DNA of 64,000 bases from Elusimicrobiota bacterium (GCA_023213235.1 CP096137.1:2216908-2280907), one strand, 5' to 3'; shown: positions 38,585-48,493, numbered from the stretch's first letter. The notes: generated by a model from the letters alone, not told the origin. Numbers and translations: made by a program.

Positions 38585-40334
38585 GCTTCGCTCGCGCCGA
38601 CCGGCGGTCGCTGACCCGGCTCCTCGCCTACGTCAAGCCGTACCGCGCCCGCCTCGCCCAGGCGACCGCCGTCATGATCGTCGTCGCCGCGCTCAACGGC
38701 GCCCTGGTCAAGGTGCTCGGCCCGGTCACCAACAGCCTGTTCGTCAACACCGACCCCGAGCAGCTCAAGCGCGTCGCGCTGATGATCCCCGCGGTGTTCT
38801 TCCTCAAGCTCATCTTCCAGTACACGCAGTCGTACCTGATGTCGTGGTTCGGACAGAAGATCACGCAGGAGATCCGCGAGGACCTGTTCAAGCACCTGCA
38901 CGCGCTGTCGATGGATTTCTTCTGGAAGTCGAAGGGGGCGAGGTCCTCGCCAAGCTCACCAACGACATGACGAACCTGCAGTCGGCGCTGCAGTTCGTGC
39001 CGTTATATGCGATTCGAGATTCTTTGACGGTGCTCGTCGTGCTCGTCGTCATGATCGCGACCAACGCGAAGTTCGCCGCCGTCGCGCTGATCGCGATCCC
39101 GATGGCGGGCGGCGTCCTCGGCGTCCTCGGGCGCAAGCTGCGCTCCGCCGGCCGGCGGGGCAACGAGGTGATGGGGAGATCTACCACCGCTTCCAGGAAA
39201 GCCTGCAGGGCATGCTCGTCGTGAAATCGTTCAACTACGAGAAAGGCGCGATCGCGAAATTCCGCGTCGAAAACGACGAGTTCTTCCACCAGATGATGCG
39301 CTACTTCCGCGCCACCGCGTTGTCGGGGCCGCTCATGGAGTTTCTGGGCTCCCTGATCATGGCCGCGATCGTCTGGCTCGGCGGCCGCGCGATCGGGGCC
39401 GGAGAGATGACCCCGGCCGAGTTCGCCGTCTTCCTCGGCTCCTTCTTCATGGCCTACGGGCCGATCAAGAACCTGGCCCAGATGAACTCGACGCTCCAGC
39501 TAGGCCTGGCCGCCGCCGAGCGCATCTTCTCGATCCTCGACGAGGTCCCGACCGTCGCCGAGCCCGCGAACCCGAAGCCCTTTCCCGCCCTGACGGGGGG
39601 ATCAAGTTCGAGAACGTCTCCTTCAAGTACCCGACGCGCGAGACCTGGGCGCTCAAGGACGTCTCGCTCGAGATCAGGCCGGGGCAGGTCGTCGCGCTCG
39701 CGGGCCCTCGGGCTCGGGCAAGACGACCTTCGTGCACCTGCTCCTGCGCCTGTTCGACCCCGTCGAGGGCCGCATCACGATCGACGGCGTGGACCTGCGC
39801 GAGATGTCCTCGCACGAGCTGCGCGCGCGGCTCGGCCTCGTCTCGCAGGAGACCATCCTCTTCAACGACACCGTGCTCGGCAACGTCGCCGTCGGCCGCG
39901 AGGGCGCCGGGCGCGAGGACGTCGAGAAGGCGCTCGCCGTCGCCGACGCCGCGGATTTCGTCGGCTCGCTGGCGCAGGGCGTCGACACGCCGCTCGGCGA
40001 CCGCGGCGCGCGCCTCTCCGGCGGCCAGCGCCAGCGCCTGGCGATCGCGCGCGCCGTCCTCAAGGATCCGAAGCTCCTCATCCTCGACGAGGCGACGTCG
40101 AACCTCGACGCCGCCAGCGAGCGCGCCGTCCAGAACGCGATGGAGCGCCTGTACCCGGGCCGCACCGTGGTCATGATCGCGCACCGGCTCTCGACCGTCA
40201 AGAACGCCGACCGCATCATCGTGATGCGCCAGGGCCGCATCGAGGAGAGCGGCACGCACGCCGAACTGCTCGCCAAGAACGGAGTCTACGCGACGCTGAC
40301 GCGCTATCAGCAGCTCGAGGCCCCCGAGGCGTGA
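38581..40334 (+). CDS. ABC exporter, fused permease/ATPase (MsbA-like); 4 indels at 38934-38938, 39173-39176, 39595-39600 and 39705-39707
   Basis: The TTG start overlaps the upstream stop. The 6-TM domain is spread over three ORF pieces. The NBD has Walker A restored as GPSGSGKTT, plus LSGGQRQRLAIARA and LLILDEATS. Restoring four bases gives 586 codons. Confidence 0.8.
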
Positions 40335-40621
40335 TCGCCGACCTGGCGCTGCTCGCCGTCTCCGCCCTCGGACTCTTCCTCGTCGTTCACGGCGCGACGA
40401 CCGCCAATCCTCTCGGAGTCGGCGGGACGCCGTGGCGCGACCTGTGGACCTTCGAGGGCGAGATCGGCGTCGGGCCTTACCTGCTCTTCTCCGTCGTCCT
40501 GCTTGCGCTGGCTTACGGCGTCGCGAGAATCACGGGCCGCCCCTGGGCCGCGCTGCCGCTGGCCTGGAGCGGCGCCGCGCTCACCGTCCGCCTCCTGCGC
40601 GGCATCGGGAGGCCCCGGTGA
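40331..40621 (+). CDS. small membrane protein, unknown function
   Basis: GTG 40331 overlaps the exporter stop (GTGA). 96 aa with 3 hydrophobic helices. It lies in the frame of the tail of ORF 39212..40621. Confidence 0.45.
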   Translation: MIADLALLAVSALGLFLVVHGATTANPLGVGGTPWRDLWTFEGEIGVGPYLLFSVVLLALAYGVARITGRPWAALPLAWSGAALTVRLLRGIGRPR

Positions 40622-41274
40622 GGGCGGTCCTCTTCGACATGGACGGCGTCATCGTCGACTCCGAGGCGCAGTGGAAGGAGCTCGAGGCCGCCTGGTTCCG
40701 GGAGCTGGCGCCGGGCTGGACGTCCGCGCATGACGAGCGCGCCGTCGGCCTCGGAGTGGAAGACCTGCACCGCTTCTTCGTCAAGGAATTCGGCGTCGAC
40801 ATCGACAAGCGCGAGTTCCTCGCGCACTGCGACGTGACCGCCAAGAAGGTCTACGAGCAGCGCGTCGAGTGCTCCGAAGGGTTCCTCGACCTCGCGCGCG
40901 AGCTGCGCCACAAGGGGATCAAGACCGCGATCTGCTCCTCGTCGCCCGCGCATTGGATCAAGATGGTCGTCGACCGATTCTCGCTGTCGCCGCTGCTCGA
41001 CACGATCGTCTCCGCCGACGACGTGGGCGGGCGCACGAAGCCGCTTCCCGACATCTATCTCGAGGCCGCCGCGCGCCTGCAAATCCCGACGGTCGAGTGC
41101 CTCGCCGTCGAGGACAGCGCGCTCGGCGCGCTCGCGGCCAAGCGGGCGGGCATGAAGGTCGCCGCCTTCCGCAACGGCGCCAACGACGGCCAGGACCTCT
41201 CGGTCGCGGACTTCGAGCTCGGGGGCTTCCGCGGCCTGAGCGTCGACAAGCTCGCCGCGCGTCTGCGGCGCTAG
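40618..41274 (+). CDS. HAD-family phosphatase (beta-phosphoglucomutase-like)
   Basis: GTG 40618 overlaps the upstream stop. Motifs: VLFDMDGVIVDSE, AICSSS, KPLPDIY and AVEDSALG. Confidence 0.8.
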   Translation: MRAVLFDMDGVIVDSEAQWKELEAAWFRELAPGWTSAHDERAVGLGVEDLHRFFVKEFGVDIDKREFLAHCDVTAKKVYEQRVECSEGFLDLARELRHKGIKTAICSSSPAHWIKMVVDRFSLSPLLDTIVSADDVGGRTKPLPDIYLEAAARLQIPTVECLAVEDSALGALAAKRAGMKVAAFRNGANDGQDLSVADFELGGFRGLSVDKLAARLRR

Positions 41275-41516
41275 ACGCGCCGGCCGCGGCCGCGCACGTA
41301 GTCGCGCGCCTCGGACAGGGCGACGAGCACCAGCGCGGCGGGCGGGAACACGAAGGAGGAGACGGCCGCCGACGCCAGCAGCAGCCCGACGGCGCTCGGC
41401 TCCTCGGCGCGTGTCGCCGCGATCACGCCGAACGCGCCGCCGAAGGCGAGCGCGACCGCCGCCGCCGCGCGCAGCGGGGCGAGCCAACGCCGGACGAGCT
41501 CTGAAAGGCTGTTCAT
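41271..41516 (-). CDS. possible small two-TM membrane protein
   Basis: ATG 41516 (MNSLSELVRRWLAPL...) follows directly after a terminator hairpin. No homology recognised, so it may not be a real gene. Confidence 0.3.
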   Translation of the reverse strand: MNSLSELVRRWLAPLRAAAAVALAFGGAFGVIAATRAEEPSAVGLLLASAAVSSFVFPPAALVLVALSEARDYVRGRGRRV

Positions 41517-41525
41517 ATGAAAGAA

Positions 41526-41556
41526 GGGCGCCGGCGGGAAATTCCCGCCGGCGCCC
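41526..41556 (-). terminator. rho-independent terminator after the lipoprotein gene
   Basis: A 14-bp GC stem, GGGCGCCGGCGGGA-aat-TCCCGCCGGCGCCC, followed on the minus strand by TTCTTTC. Confidence 0.65.
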
Positions 41557-41574
41557 ATTTAATCATTCTTCGGA

Positions 41575-42210
41575 CTAGTCGAACTTGAGGTTCGCCGGGC
41601 CGATGTCGCTGACGCCCTTCATGAACGACGCGTTGCGCGGGCCGCGCGGGAAGTCCGGGCGGTCCATCGGGTCGCGGTGGCAGGCGTACGGCATGCCGCG
41701 GCGCTCGTTGCAGCGCGTCGCGGTGCGCGACGCGAAGGCGCCGAGGTCGACGCCGTTGACGGACTTGAACGTCACCGTCCAGCCCTCGTCGCAGGGCTCG
41801 AAGGACACGTCGACCATGCACGAGCGGTTGCCCATGTCGTCGCGCGTGACGTAGCGCTGGGTCGGGCCGGTGACGGTCCAAGCGCGGGCGCTCGTCATGT
41901 CGACGGGCTGGCCGATCTGCGAGCCGCGCAGCGTGAAGTTGCCGGACTCGTAGCCCTTCTCCACGGGAGCCTCGAGCTCGACGTCGGAGCGGCCCGGCTG
42001 CTTGACGATGATCGCGATCGTCTTGTCGCTGGAGCCCTTCTTGAAGGTGAGCTCGGCGGGGCCCGCCACGAGCGACGCGGTGCCCGCGCGGCCGTTGAGG
42101 GGGATAGGCGCTCCGGTCAGGGTGATCTGGCCTTTGCGGGTCTCCTTGAAGTCGCACGCGGCGACCGCGAGGAGGACGGCGATTAACGGCATGACTCGGC
42201 GTGTATTCAT
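41575..42210 (-). CDS. lipoprotein, unknown function
   Basis: 211 aa with lipobox LLAVAAC. A TGcTAGAAT box lies 7 nt upstream of the ATG. Confidence 0.6.
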   Translation of the reverse strand: MNTRRVMPLIAVLLAVAACDFKETRKGQITLTGAPIPLNGRAGTASLVAGPAELTFKKGSSDKTIAIIVKQPGRSDVELEAPVEKGYESGNFTLRGSQIGQPVDMTSARAWTVTGPTQRYVTRDDMGNRSCMVDVSFEPCDEGWTVTFKSVNGVDLGAFASRTATRCNERRGMPYACHRDPMDRPDFPRGPRNASFMKGVSDIGPANLKFD

Positions 42211-42283
42211 GCGTTTAATTCTAGCACGGACAGAAATCAGCGCAATGAGAAAAATAGGCCTTTAGGCCCGATTTTTCAGGGCC

Positions 42284-43759
42284 TCAGAGAACGACTTCGC
42301 GGCTGAGGCGCTGCGTCGATTCGACGAAGGACGTCCACTCGGCGCGGCGGCGCGCGCGCGCGGTCTCGTCGGACTTCGGCGCGAAGGTCTTCTCCACCTT
42401 CGCGTCGGCCATGCGTTCCGCGTCGGGCACGCCGGCCGCCTTCGCGGCGAGGATCGCGGCGCCGAGCGCGGTCGCCTCGACTTCCTTGCGGCGCTCGAGC
42501 GTCGCGCCGATCGCGTCGGCCTGGAAGGACATCATCGCGTCGGCGCGCGACAGCCCGCCCGCCACGCGCGCCTTCGTCACCGGGGAGCCCGCGGCCGCCA
42601 TCACCGCCGCCGCGTCGGCCAGGAGCATGCACAGGCCCTCGGCCGTCGCGCGCACGAGGTCCGCGGCCGTCGTCTGCGAGTCGAGGCCGAAGAACGCGGA
42701 CTTCGTCGTGTAGTCCCAGCGCGGCGCGCCGAGGCCTCCGATCGCGGGCAGCATCAGCACGCGGCGCTTCGAGGCCTTGAAGGCGGCGTCGATCGCCTTG
42801 GCGTCCTTCATGAGGCCGAGGTTGTCGCGCAGCCACTCGAAGGACGTGCCCGCGGCGTGCACCGTGCCCTCGAGGTAATACCCGCGCAGCGAGCCGAAGG
42901 TGGCGGCCGAGGAGGCGAGCAGGCCGGGCGCGCGCTCCGGCGTCTGCCCCGTGTGGCGCAGCAGGAAGGCGCCCGTGCCGTAGTTCGCGACCGCCTCGCC
43001 CTCCCCGGAGGCGCCGAGCCCGATCGCCGCCGACTGCTGGTCGCCGACGGTGGCGAGCAGGGGGATCTTGCGTCCTTTGCGCTCGATGACGCCCCACTCG
43101 CCGGCCGACGGGCGGATGGAAGGCAGCAGCTCCGCGCTCAGGCCGAACAGGCCGAGCAGGCCGAGGTCCCACTCGGCGCGCTCGAGGTTCATCAGCAAGG
43201 TGCGCTGGGCGCACGTCGGATCGGCGGCGACGACGGCGCCCTTGGTCAGGCGCGCGGCGAGGAAGGTCGACACCGGCGCGCACAGCAGGCGCCCCGCGTC
43301 GGCCAGCGCGCGCACCTTGGGCTCGCGGTCGAGGAACCAGCGGATCTTGGGGGCGGAATAATAAGGAGTGGCGTACAGGCCGGAGAGCCCGTGGATCTCG
43401 CCCTGCCGCTCCTTCAGAGGCGCCACGAACTCGGCGGCGCGCCCGTCCATCCAGGACGGGGCGGGGGCCGCGGGCTTGAAGCTGCCCTTTTCGCAGAAGA
43501 CGACCGTCGAGCGCTGGACGGCGAGGCCGGCGCCGAGGACGCGGTCCTTCGGGCCGAGCTTCGAGAGCACCGCGTCGAGCGAGGCCTCGAGCGTGCGCGC
43601 GAGCTCGAGCGGGTCGTGCTCGGCCCAGCCGGCCTTCGGCCGCTTCGTGCGCACGGGCCGCTGCGCGAGCGCGACGATGCGCCCCTTGAGGTCGAAGAGG
43701 ACCGCGCGCGAGGAAGACGAGCCCTGATCGAGCGCGAGCAGGAGGTCTCTGGCCATCAC
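42284..43759 (-). CDS. FGGY-family carbohydrate kinase (glycerol-kinase-like)
   Basis: 491 aa with LLALDQGSSSSRAVLFD and GWAEHDP, plus the C-terminal actin-fold ATPase pattern. The start overlaps the nuclease stop. Confidence 0.75.
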   Translation of the reverse strand: MMARDLLLALDQGSSSSRAVLFDLKGRIVALAQRPVRTKRPKAGWAEHDPLELARTLEASLDAVLSKLGPKDRVLGAGLAVQRSTVVFCEKGSFKPAAPAPSWMDGRAAEFVAPLKERQGEIHGLSGLYATPYYSAPKIRWFLDREPKVRALADAGRLLCAPVSTFLAARLTKGAVVAADPTCAQRTLLMNLERAEWDLGLLGLFGLSAELLPSIRPSAGEWGVIERKGRKIPLLATVGDQQSAAIGLGASGEGEAVANYGTGAFLLRHTGQTPERAPGLLASSAATFGSLRGYYLEGTVHAAGTSFEWLRDNLGLMKDAKAIDAAFKASKRRVLMLPAIGGLGAPRWDYTTKSAFFGLDSQTTAADLVRATAEGLCMLLADAAAVMAAAGSPVTKARVAGGLSRADAMMSFQADAIGATLERRKEVEATALGAAILAAKAAGVPDAERMADAKVEKTFAPKSDETARARRRAEWTSFVESTQRLSREVVL

Positions 43760-44894
43760 AGCTCCTTGAGCTTCAGCTCGTCGGCGGGGACGCGCTCGCC
43801 GAGCTCGGTCAGGCGCGCGCGCAGGTCGGCGTCGAGCGCCTTGTCCTCGAGCAGCTTGTTGACGAGGGGCGCCGAGGGGGCGAGGACCTTCTCATACAGG
43901 CCCGCTGTCTTCAATATCTCGAGCACCTTCTTCTTGTCGAGGAACTCCCAGCGCACGCCGGCGGTCAGCGCGGCCTCGTACCTGCCGCCGAAGGCGCGCA
44001 CGTAGCCCTTGGCCTTGAGCGCCGCGGCGAGCGCCTTGGAGGCCGCCTCGGCCCCGGCCTTCGCGGCGTCGAGCTTGGCGAGCGCCTCGCCGTAGGCGTC
44101 GACGAGCGCCGCGAGCTCGGGCTCGCCGGCGGCTTTCGCGGGCTCGGCCGGCATCCCCGCGAACTGGTCCTTGAAGATCGGGCAGATGGGCTTGTAGTCG
44201 CACCAGCGGCACACCGAGTCCATCGGCTTCGGGTCGAACTTCTCCTTCGTGATCGACTCGGCGGTCGTCACGATGGTCGACTTGAGGCCGTCGACGAGCG
44301 CCGCCTCGCGGCGCCCGGACTTGTGCTCCTTGAGCGTGGGCAGGTGGTAAAACACCAGCTCCGCGACCTCGGCCCCGAGGCCCTTCTCGCAGGCGAGCTG
44401 GTACATCGTGAGCTGGGCGTCGACGTCGATGCGGCCCGTTTTCAGCTGCTTTCCGGTTTTATAGTCGAGGATCAGCAGGCGCCCGTCGGGCAGCTTGTCG
44501 ACGCGGTCGACCTTGCCGGTGACGGGCACGCCGTCGACCTCGAAGTTGAAGCCGTACTCGACGAAATAGGGGAGCTGGAACGTCTTCGCGTGCTTGTCGT
44601 GGAAGCGCGTGAGGATCTGCCGGCCGTCCTCGAAGTACTCCTCTTCCTGCCGCGAGTCCTTGTAGCCTCCCTTCACCCAGATCTCCCGGTAGTGCTTAAG
44701 CAGGTCCTCGAGGCTCGGCGCCTTGGGCTCCTTGACGCCGTAGAAGTACTCGAGCGCCAGGTGGACGCTCTGGCCGAACGAGAAGAAGTGGCGCGGCTTC
44801 TCGGGGATCTTGTCGACGTACTTGAACTTGTACTTCTGGGGACACTCGTTGTAGAGCGAGATCGACGAGTGCGACAGGGGGCGGGGAGCTTCAT
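43756..44894 (-). CDS. PD-(D/E)XK (Cas4/RecB-like) nuclease with a C-terminal extension; 1-nt indel at 44877-44881
   Basis: ATG 44894 (MKLPAP) joins ORF 43756..44676 to give LSHSSISLYNECPQKYKFKYV. Motifs: GKVDRVD, LILDYKTG, QLTMYQLA and CRWCDYKPIC. About 130 further residues follow. Restoring one base gives 380 codons. Confidence 0.7.
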
Positions 44895-44913
44895 TCTCGA
44901 CGGGGGAGCGGCG

Positions 44914-45708
44914 TCAGTCTATTTTACCAAACCGCAGGAGCTCCGTGTTCGGGTTCTCGTAGCCGGGGCCGCCGACCGACGTCTTCACGCGCCCGACGCC
45001 GGGACAGTAATAGTCGTACTTCCACGAGCTCTTGTTGCGCAGCTCGCGCTCCCGCATCTTCACGCACCCCGTGAACGTCCCGGCCTTCACCTTCACCGTG
45101 GCCGAGGCGTCGGAGACGAGGTACTCGACCGAGGACTTGCCGCGCTTGACCGTCCAGTTCGACGCCTCCGTGTACGGGTAGCGCAGCACGGGCTCGCGCC
45201 CGTCCTTGTCGATCCTCCACACCGCCCAGTCGGCCTTCTCGTAGCGCTCGCTCTTGACCAGGATGCGGTTGTTGCCCGCGAAGATGCCCGTCGTGACGAC
45301 GCCCGAGGAGGCCGCGACCTCGGACTCCTGGCGCATCGCGCGGCCGCCGGACTCGCTGTCGACGTACACCCAGGTGCGGCCCGGCTCGACGGGCATGTAG
45401 TCCGGGCACAGCAGCAGTCCGTTCTTGGCGCGCGCGAGGCAGACGGGCTGGCGCGGGAAGTCCCGGGCCGCCGCCTCGTAGTGAACGCGCGCCTCCTCGC
45501 AGCGGCCGAACACAGTGCGGTAGACGTCGGCGGCGCGCAGGCGCACCTCGCAGGCGCGCGGGTCCTTGGGCCGCGAGGCGAGGAAGGCCTCGTAGTGCTT
45601 CACGGCCAAGGCGGGCTTGCGCGCGTCCTCGCGCAAGGTGCCGGCGACGTAATGATAGGTGTCGCAGGCGGCCAGCGCGAGGCAGGCGGCGAAGAGGAGC
45701 GGCCTCAT
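44914..45708 (-). CDS. lipoprotein, unknown function
   Basis: Internal ATG 45708 of ORF 44914..46110, with lipobox MRPLLFAACLALAAC. 264 aa. No family recognised. Confidence 0.6.
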   Translation of the reverse strand: MRPLLFAACLALAACDTYHYVAGTLREDARKPALAVKHYEAFLASRPKDPRACEVRLRAADVYRTVFGRCEEARVHYEAAARDFPRQPVCLARAKNGLLLCPDYMPVEPGRTWVYVDSESGGRAMRQESEVAASSGVVTTGIFAGNNRILVKSERYEKADWAVWRIDKDGREPVLRYPYTEASNWTVKRGKSSVEYLVSDASATVKVKAGTFTGCVKMRERELRNKSSWKYDYYCPGVGRVKTSVGGPGYENPNTELLRFGKID

Positions 45709-46235
45709 GCCTTCGATAATGCCATTTTGGCGCGCCGGATCAGGACGGGAACGAGGATCATCCCGGCGAGCACGAGAAGCACCGCCGTATTCGGGTCCTT
45801 GAAATACCCGCTGAGCTTGAGCGTGGCCGCGGCGACCACCGCGTAGTAGATCATGTCGCCGGCGATCGCGATCGCCCAGCCCGCGAGGAAGCCGTGGCCC
45901 GCCGCGAGCGCGGCGGCGCGCCCGGTCATCGGGTCGACGCCGAAGGCGACGAGGATCAAGGTGAAGGGGCCGGCGCCGCTGCCGATGTAGCGGGCGGCCG
46001 TGCGCTCGGTCGCCGCGCGCATCGCGGCGATCACGCGCGCGAGGAGCTCCCAGCGCCGCCCAAGCGCGACGAGCCCGCGCAGGACGGGCTCGAAGGCGAA
46101 GGCCAGGCAAACGTCGGAGACGAAATACAGGAAGGCCGTCAGAGGCCAGGGCAGCCCGTTCTGGCGCGCGAGCAGGACACCGGCGGGAATCCCGCCGCCG
46201 ACCGGAATCAGGAAGAGCGTGAAGACCGGGAGCAT
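45705..46235 (-). CDS. small multidrug-export-like (PF06695-type) membrane protein
   Basis: 176 aa with 4 TM helices. The layout (GGGIPAG... and VDPMTGRAAALAAGHGF) resembles the Sm_multidrug_ex family. Assigned from memory of the family, not from a search. Confidence 0.45.
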   Translation of the reverse strand: MLPVFTLFLIPVGGGIPAGVLLARQNGLPWPLTAFLYFVSDVCLAFAFEPVLRGLVALGRRWELLARVIAAMRAATERTAARYIGSGAGPFTLILVAFGVDPMTGRAAALAAGHGFLAGWAIAIAGDMIYYAVVAAATLKLSGYFKDPNTAVLLVLAGMILVPVLIRRAKMALSKA

Positions 46236-46238
46236 CCG

Positions 46239-46811
46239 CTACAGTATTCCACTTTCGCGGAAGCTGAAGAAGGACGTCTCGGAGACGACGACGTGGTCGG
46301 CGAGCGGAATGCCGAGCAGCTCGCCCGCGCGTTGCAGGCGCCGCGTGGCCTCGCGGTCCTCGGCCGAGGGCGACGGGTCGCCGGAGGGATGGTTGTGCAC
46401 GACGACGACCGCGGCCGCGCCGTGCGCGATGGCGGGTGCGAACACCTCGCGCGGGTGCACGAGCGAGGCCGACAGCGTGCCGACCGACACCGTCTCGAGC
46501 CTGAGCAGCTGGCGGCGGGCGTTCAGGCTCAGCACCAGGAAGTGCTCCTTGCGCGCGGAGCGGATCTCCGCGGGCACGAGCCCGGCCGCCGCGCGCGCGC
46601 CGTCGACGACGGGGCGCGGGTCGAAGGCGCGGCGCCGGCGCGCGTACTCTTCGAGCGCGCCTTCCCGTCCGCGGATCCCGCCGTCGCGGACGATCGCCTC
46701 GGCGCGCTTGACGGCCACGCCGAGAATGACGGCCACGAGCTCGGCGTCGGTCAGCGCCTCGGGGCCGCGGCGCGTCAGCTTTTCTCGCGGACGCTCAGAG
46801 TCCACGATCAC
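46239..46811 (-). CDS. radC: RadC-family JAB/MPN-domain protein
   Basis: ERPREKLTRRGPEALTDAELVAVILG and the JAMM motif HNHPSGDPSPSAED. The GTG start overlaps the upstream stop. Confidence 0.75.
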   Translation of the reverse strand: MIVDSERPREKLTRRGPEALTDAELVAVILGVAVKRAEAIVRDGGIRGREGALEEYARRRRAFDPRPVVDGARAAAGLVPAEIRSARKEHFLVLSLNARRQLLRLETVSVGTLSASLVHPREVFAPAIAHGAAAVVVVHNHPSGDPSPSAEDREATRRLQRAGELLGIPLADHVVVSETSFFSFRESGIL

Positions 46812-47539
46812 AAGGCCCGCCCGTTGCTCAGGAGGGCGCGCTCCGCATCGTCTTCCGCGATATCTCCCGTCACTCGCCAATTTTTTCCGTCCCAACTGAC
46901 GGTGTAGGCTTCCAATCCGTTGGAGAACGTGGTCGATTTCTCGTCGCGTTTGATGCTGATAAATCCGTCCGGCGCCCAAACGTCCGACTCCGGAACGCGA
47001 TTCAGGAAAAGACCCGGATCAACCGTCGCCGGCATCTCGAGCTTGACCAGCCGTTCCCGGCGACGAAGCGAGCCGTCGTCCCGGTAGGTCTCGCGCTTCA
47101 TGAGTAAACCGCTGTCGCGATCCACCCACAGGGCGCGGCGCAGGACGCCGGTCTTGAGACGAAGCTCGATCTTCCAGGTCTTGCGCTTTGCGACGACGCC
47201 GCCCGTCGATACAGTCAGCTCGTAGAACCGGTTCAGGCGAGCCAGCCCTTTCTCCGGAGCCTCCGCTTCGCGCGCGACGCGAACCTGCGTCAAGACCGGA
47301 ACCTTTTTCCTGCCCAAAACTTCCAGGCGCATATTGCCCTGAGGCAAACCCGACACATTGACCTTCATCGCCTTCGGCTTCTTGCCGGGGAGGAAGACCT
47401 GGACGCGCTCGACCGCCGTCCAGCCGGTCGCGGGCCCGGCCAACGCCTTGAGGATCAAGGCGTCGGCCTCCGGGAGAGGCGCCCGAGGCCGCGCATGCGT
47501 GGCGACGGCCAACAGCAGTAGCAAGGGCAGGCTAGTCAT
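46808..47539 (-). CDS. exported MucB/RseB-like (LolA-fold) protein, putative sigma-E pathway component
   Basis: 243 aa with signal peptide MTSLPLLLLLAVATHA. It sits directly after the anti-sigma gene with an 8-nt overlap. The family call rests on position and size, not on motifs. Confidence 0.4.
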   Translation of the reverse strand: MTSLPLLLLLAVATHARPRAPLPEADALILKALAGPATGWTAVERVQVFLPGKKPKAMKVNVSGLPQGNMRLEVLGRKKVPVLTQVRVAREAEAPEKGLARLNRFYELTVSTGGVVAKRKTWKIELRLKTGVLRRALWVDRDSGLLMKRETYRDDGSLRRRERLVKLEMPATVDPGLFLNRVPESDVWAPDGFISIKRDEKSTTFSNGLEAYTVSWDGKNWRVTGDIAEDDAERALLSNGRAL

Positions 47540-47864
47540 GGTCGCCTCCGTCGTCGTCGCTCCACAGCTCGGCCAGCGCCTGCGGGGCGGGGGCCTGCGC
47601 GGGCGCGACGGTGACCGGGGTCTCGCGGCGCTCCGGGACCGCCTTCACGAGCACGACCGCGACCGCCGCCGCCGCGAACGCCGCGCCGGCCCCGTACGCC
47701 CACGCCCCGCCGGACAAAGACTCCAGGAGCCCGTCCCACAGGGACGGCTTCGCGCTCTTGGCGCGCGCCATCCGCTTCAACGACGCCTTCAGGTCCGCCG
47801 GGGCGGGCGTGAAGAGACTCTTCATGGCCTCCTTCGCCAGCTTTTCATTCTCGTCCATAGTCAT
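47532..47864 (-). CDS. putative single-pass anti-sigma factor
   Basis: 110 aa with one TM segment (AWAYGAGAAFAAAAVAVVLV) and an acidic C-terminus. It overlaps the ECF sigma stop by 4 nt. No ZAS motif. Confidence 0.5.
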   Translation of the reverse strand: MTMDENEKLAKEAMKSLFTPAPADLKASLKRMARAKSAKPSLWDGLLESLSGGAWAYGAGAAFAAAAVAVVLVKAVPERRETPVTVAPAQAPAPQALAELWSDDDGGDHD

Positions 47865-48397
47865 TCCTCCAACGCTCTCAGCCGTTCTCTCAGCGCGATG
47901 CGCGCGCGGACGATCCGCGAGCGCACCGTGTTCAGCGGGCAGCCCAGCGCCTGGGCCGCCTCCTCGTAACCGAGCCCGTCCAAATCGATCATCAGCAGCA
48001 CCGCCCGGGCGTCCGGGGTCAACGCCCGCATGGCCCGCCGCACCAGCTTCCGGCGCTCCTCCGCGAGCAGCCCTTCCAGGGGCGACGTCTCCCGTCCGTC
48101 CTCCACCGCGTCCGCCACCGTCAGCCCCTGGGCGTCGATCGGGGCGTCCAGGGACTGCCCGTGCCGCCGTTCGTACCGCTTCTTCCCGTCGAAGTACAGG
48201 TGCTTTAGAATCGTCAAAAACCAGCTTTCGAACGGCTGTCCGGGGTCATGGCTGCCGATGCGCTCCATGGCCCGCGCGAAAGACTCCTGAACGAGCTCCT
48301 TGGCGTCTTCCTCGTTGCCGGACAGGCCCAAAGCGAACGTATAGGCCCTATCGGCGTGGGCGTCTATGAGCTTCTCCCAGTCCCAGGTCGAGGTCAT
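47861..48397 (-). CDS. ECF-type RNA polymerase sigma-70 factor
   Basis: 178 aa. Region 2 is AYTFALGLSGNEEDAKELVQESFARA and region 4 is GLGYEEAAQALGCPLNTVRSRIVRAR. A TATGAT box lies 6 nt upstream of the ATG. Confidence 0.85.
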   Translation of the reverse strand: MTSTWDWEKLIDAHADRAYTFALGLSGNEEDAKELVQESFARAMERIGSHDPGQPFESWFLTILKHLYFDGKKRYERRHGQSLDAPIDAQGLTVADAVEDGRETSPLEGLLAEERRKLVRRAMRALTPDARAVLLMIDLDGLGYEEAAQALGCPLNTVRSRIVRARIALRERLRALEE

Positions 48398-48493
48398 GCA
48401 ACTATCATACGACTGAGGGGGTCAAAAAGTTCCATGGTCCAGCGTAAGTTTAGCCGTAATAGGGCTGTAACAGGGAGGGGGTACATTGTGGAC

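Noticed and set aside
42224-42283. A terminator downstream of the FGGY kinase gene.
   Set aside because: Only a 4-5-bp GGCC-type stem followed by ATTTTT is present (minus strand). That is too weak to call with confidence.
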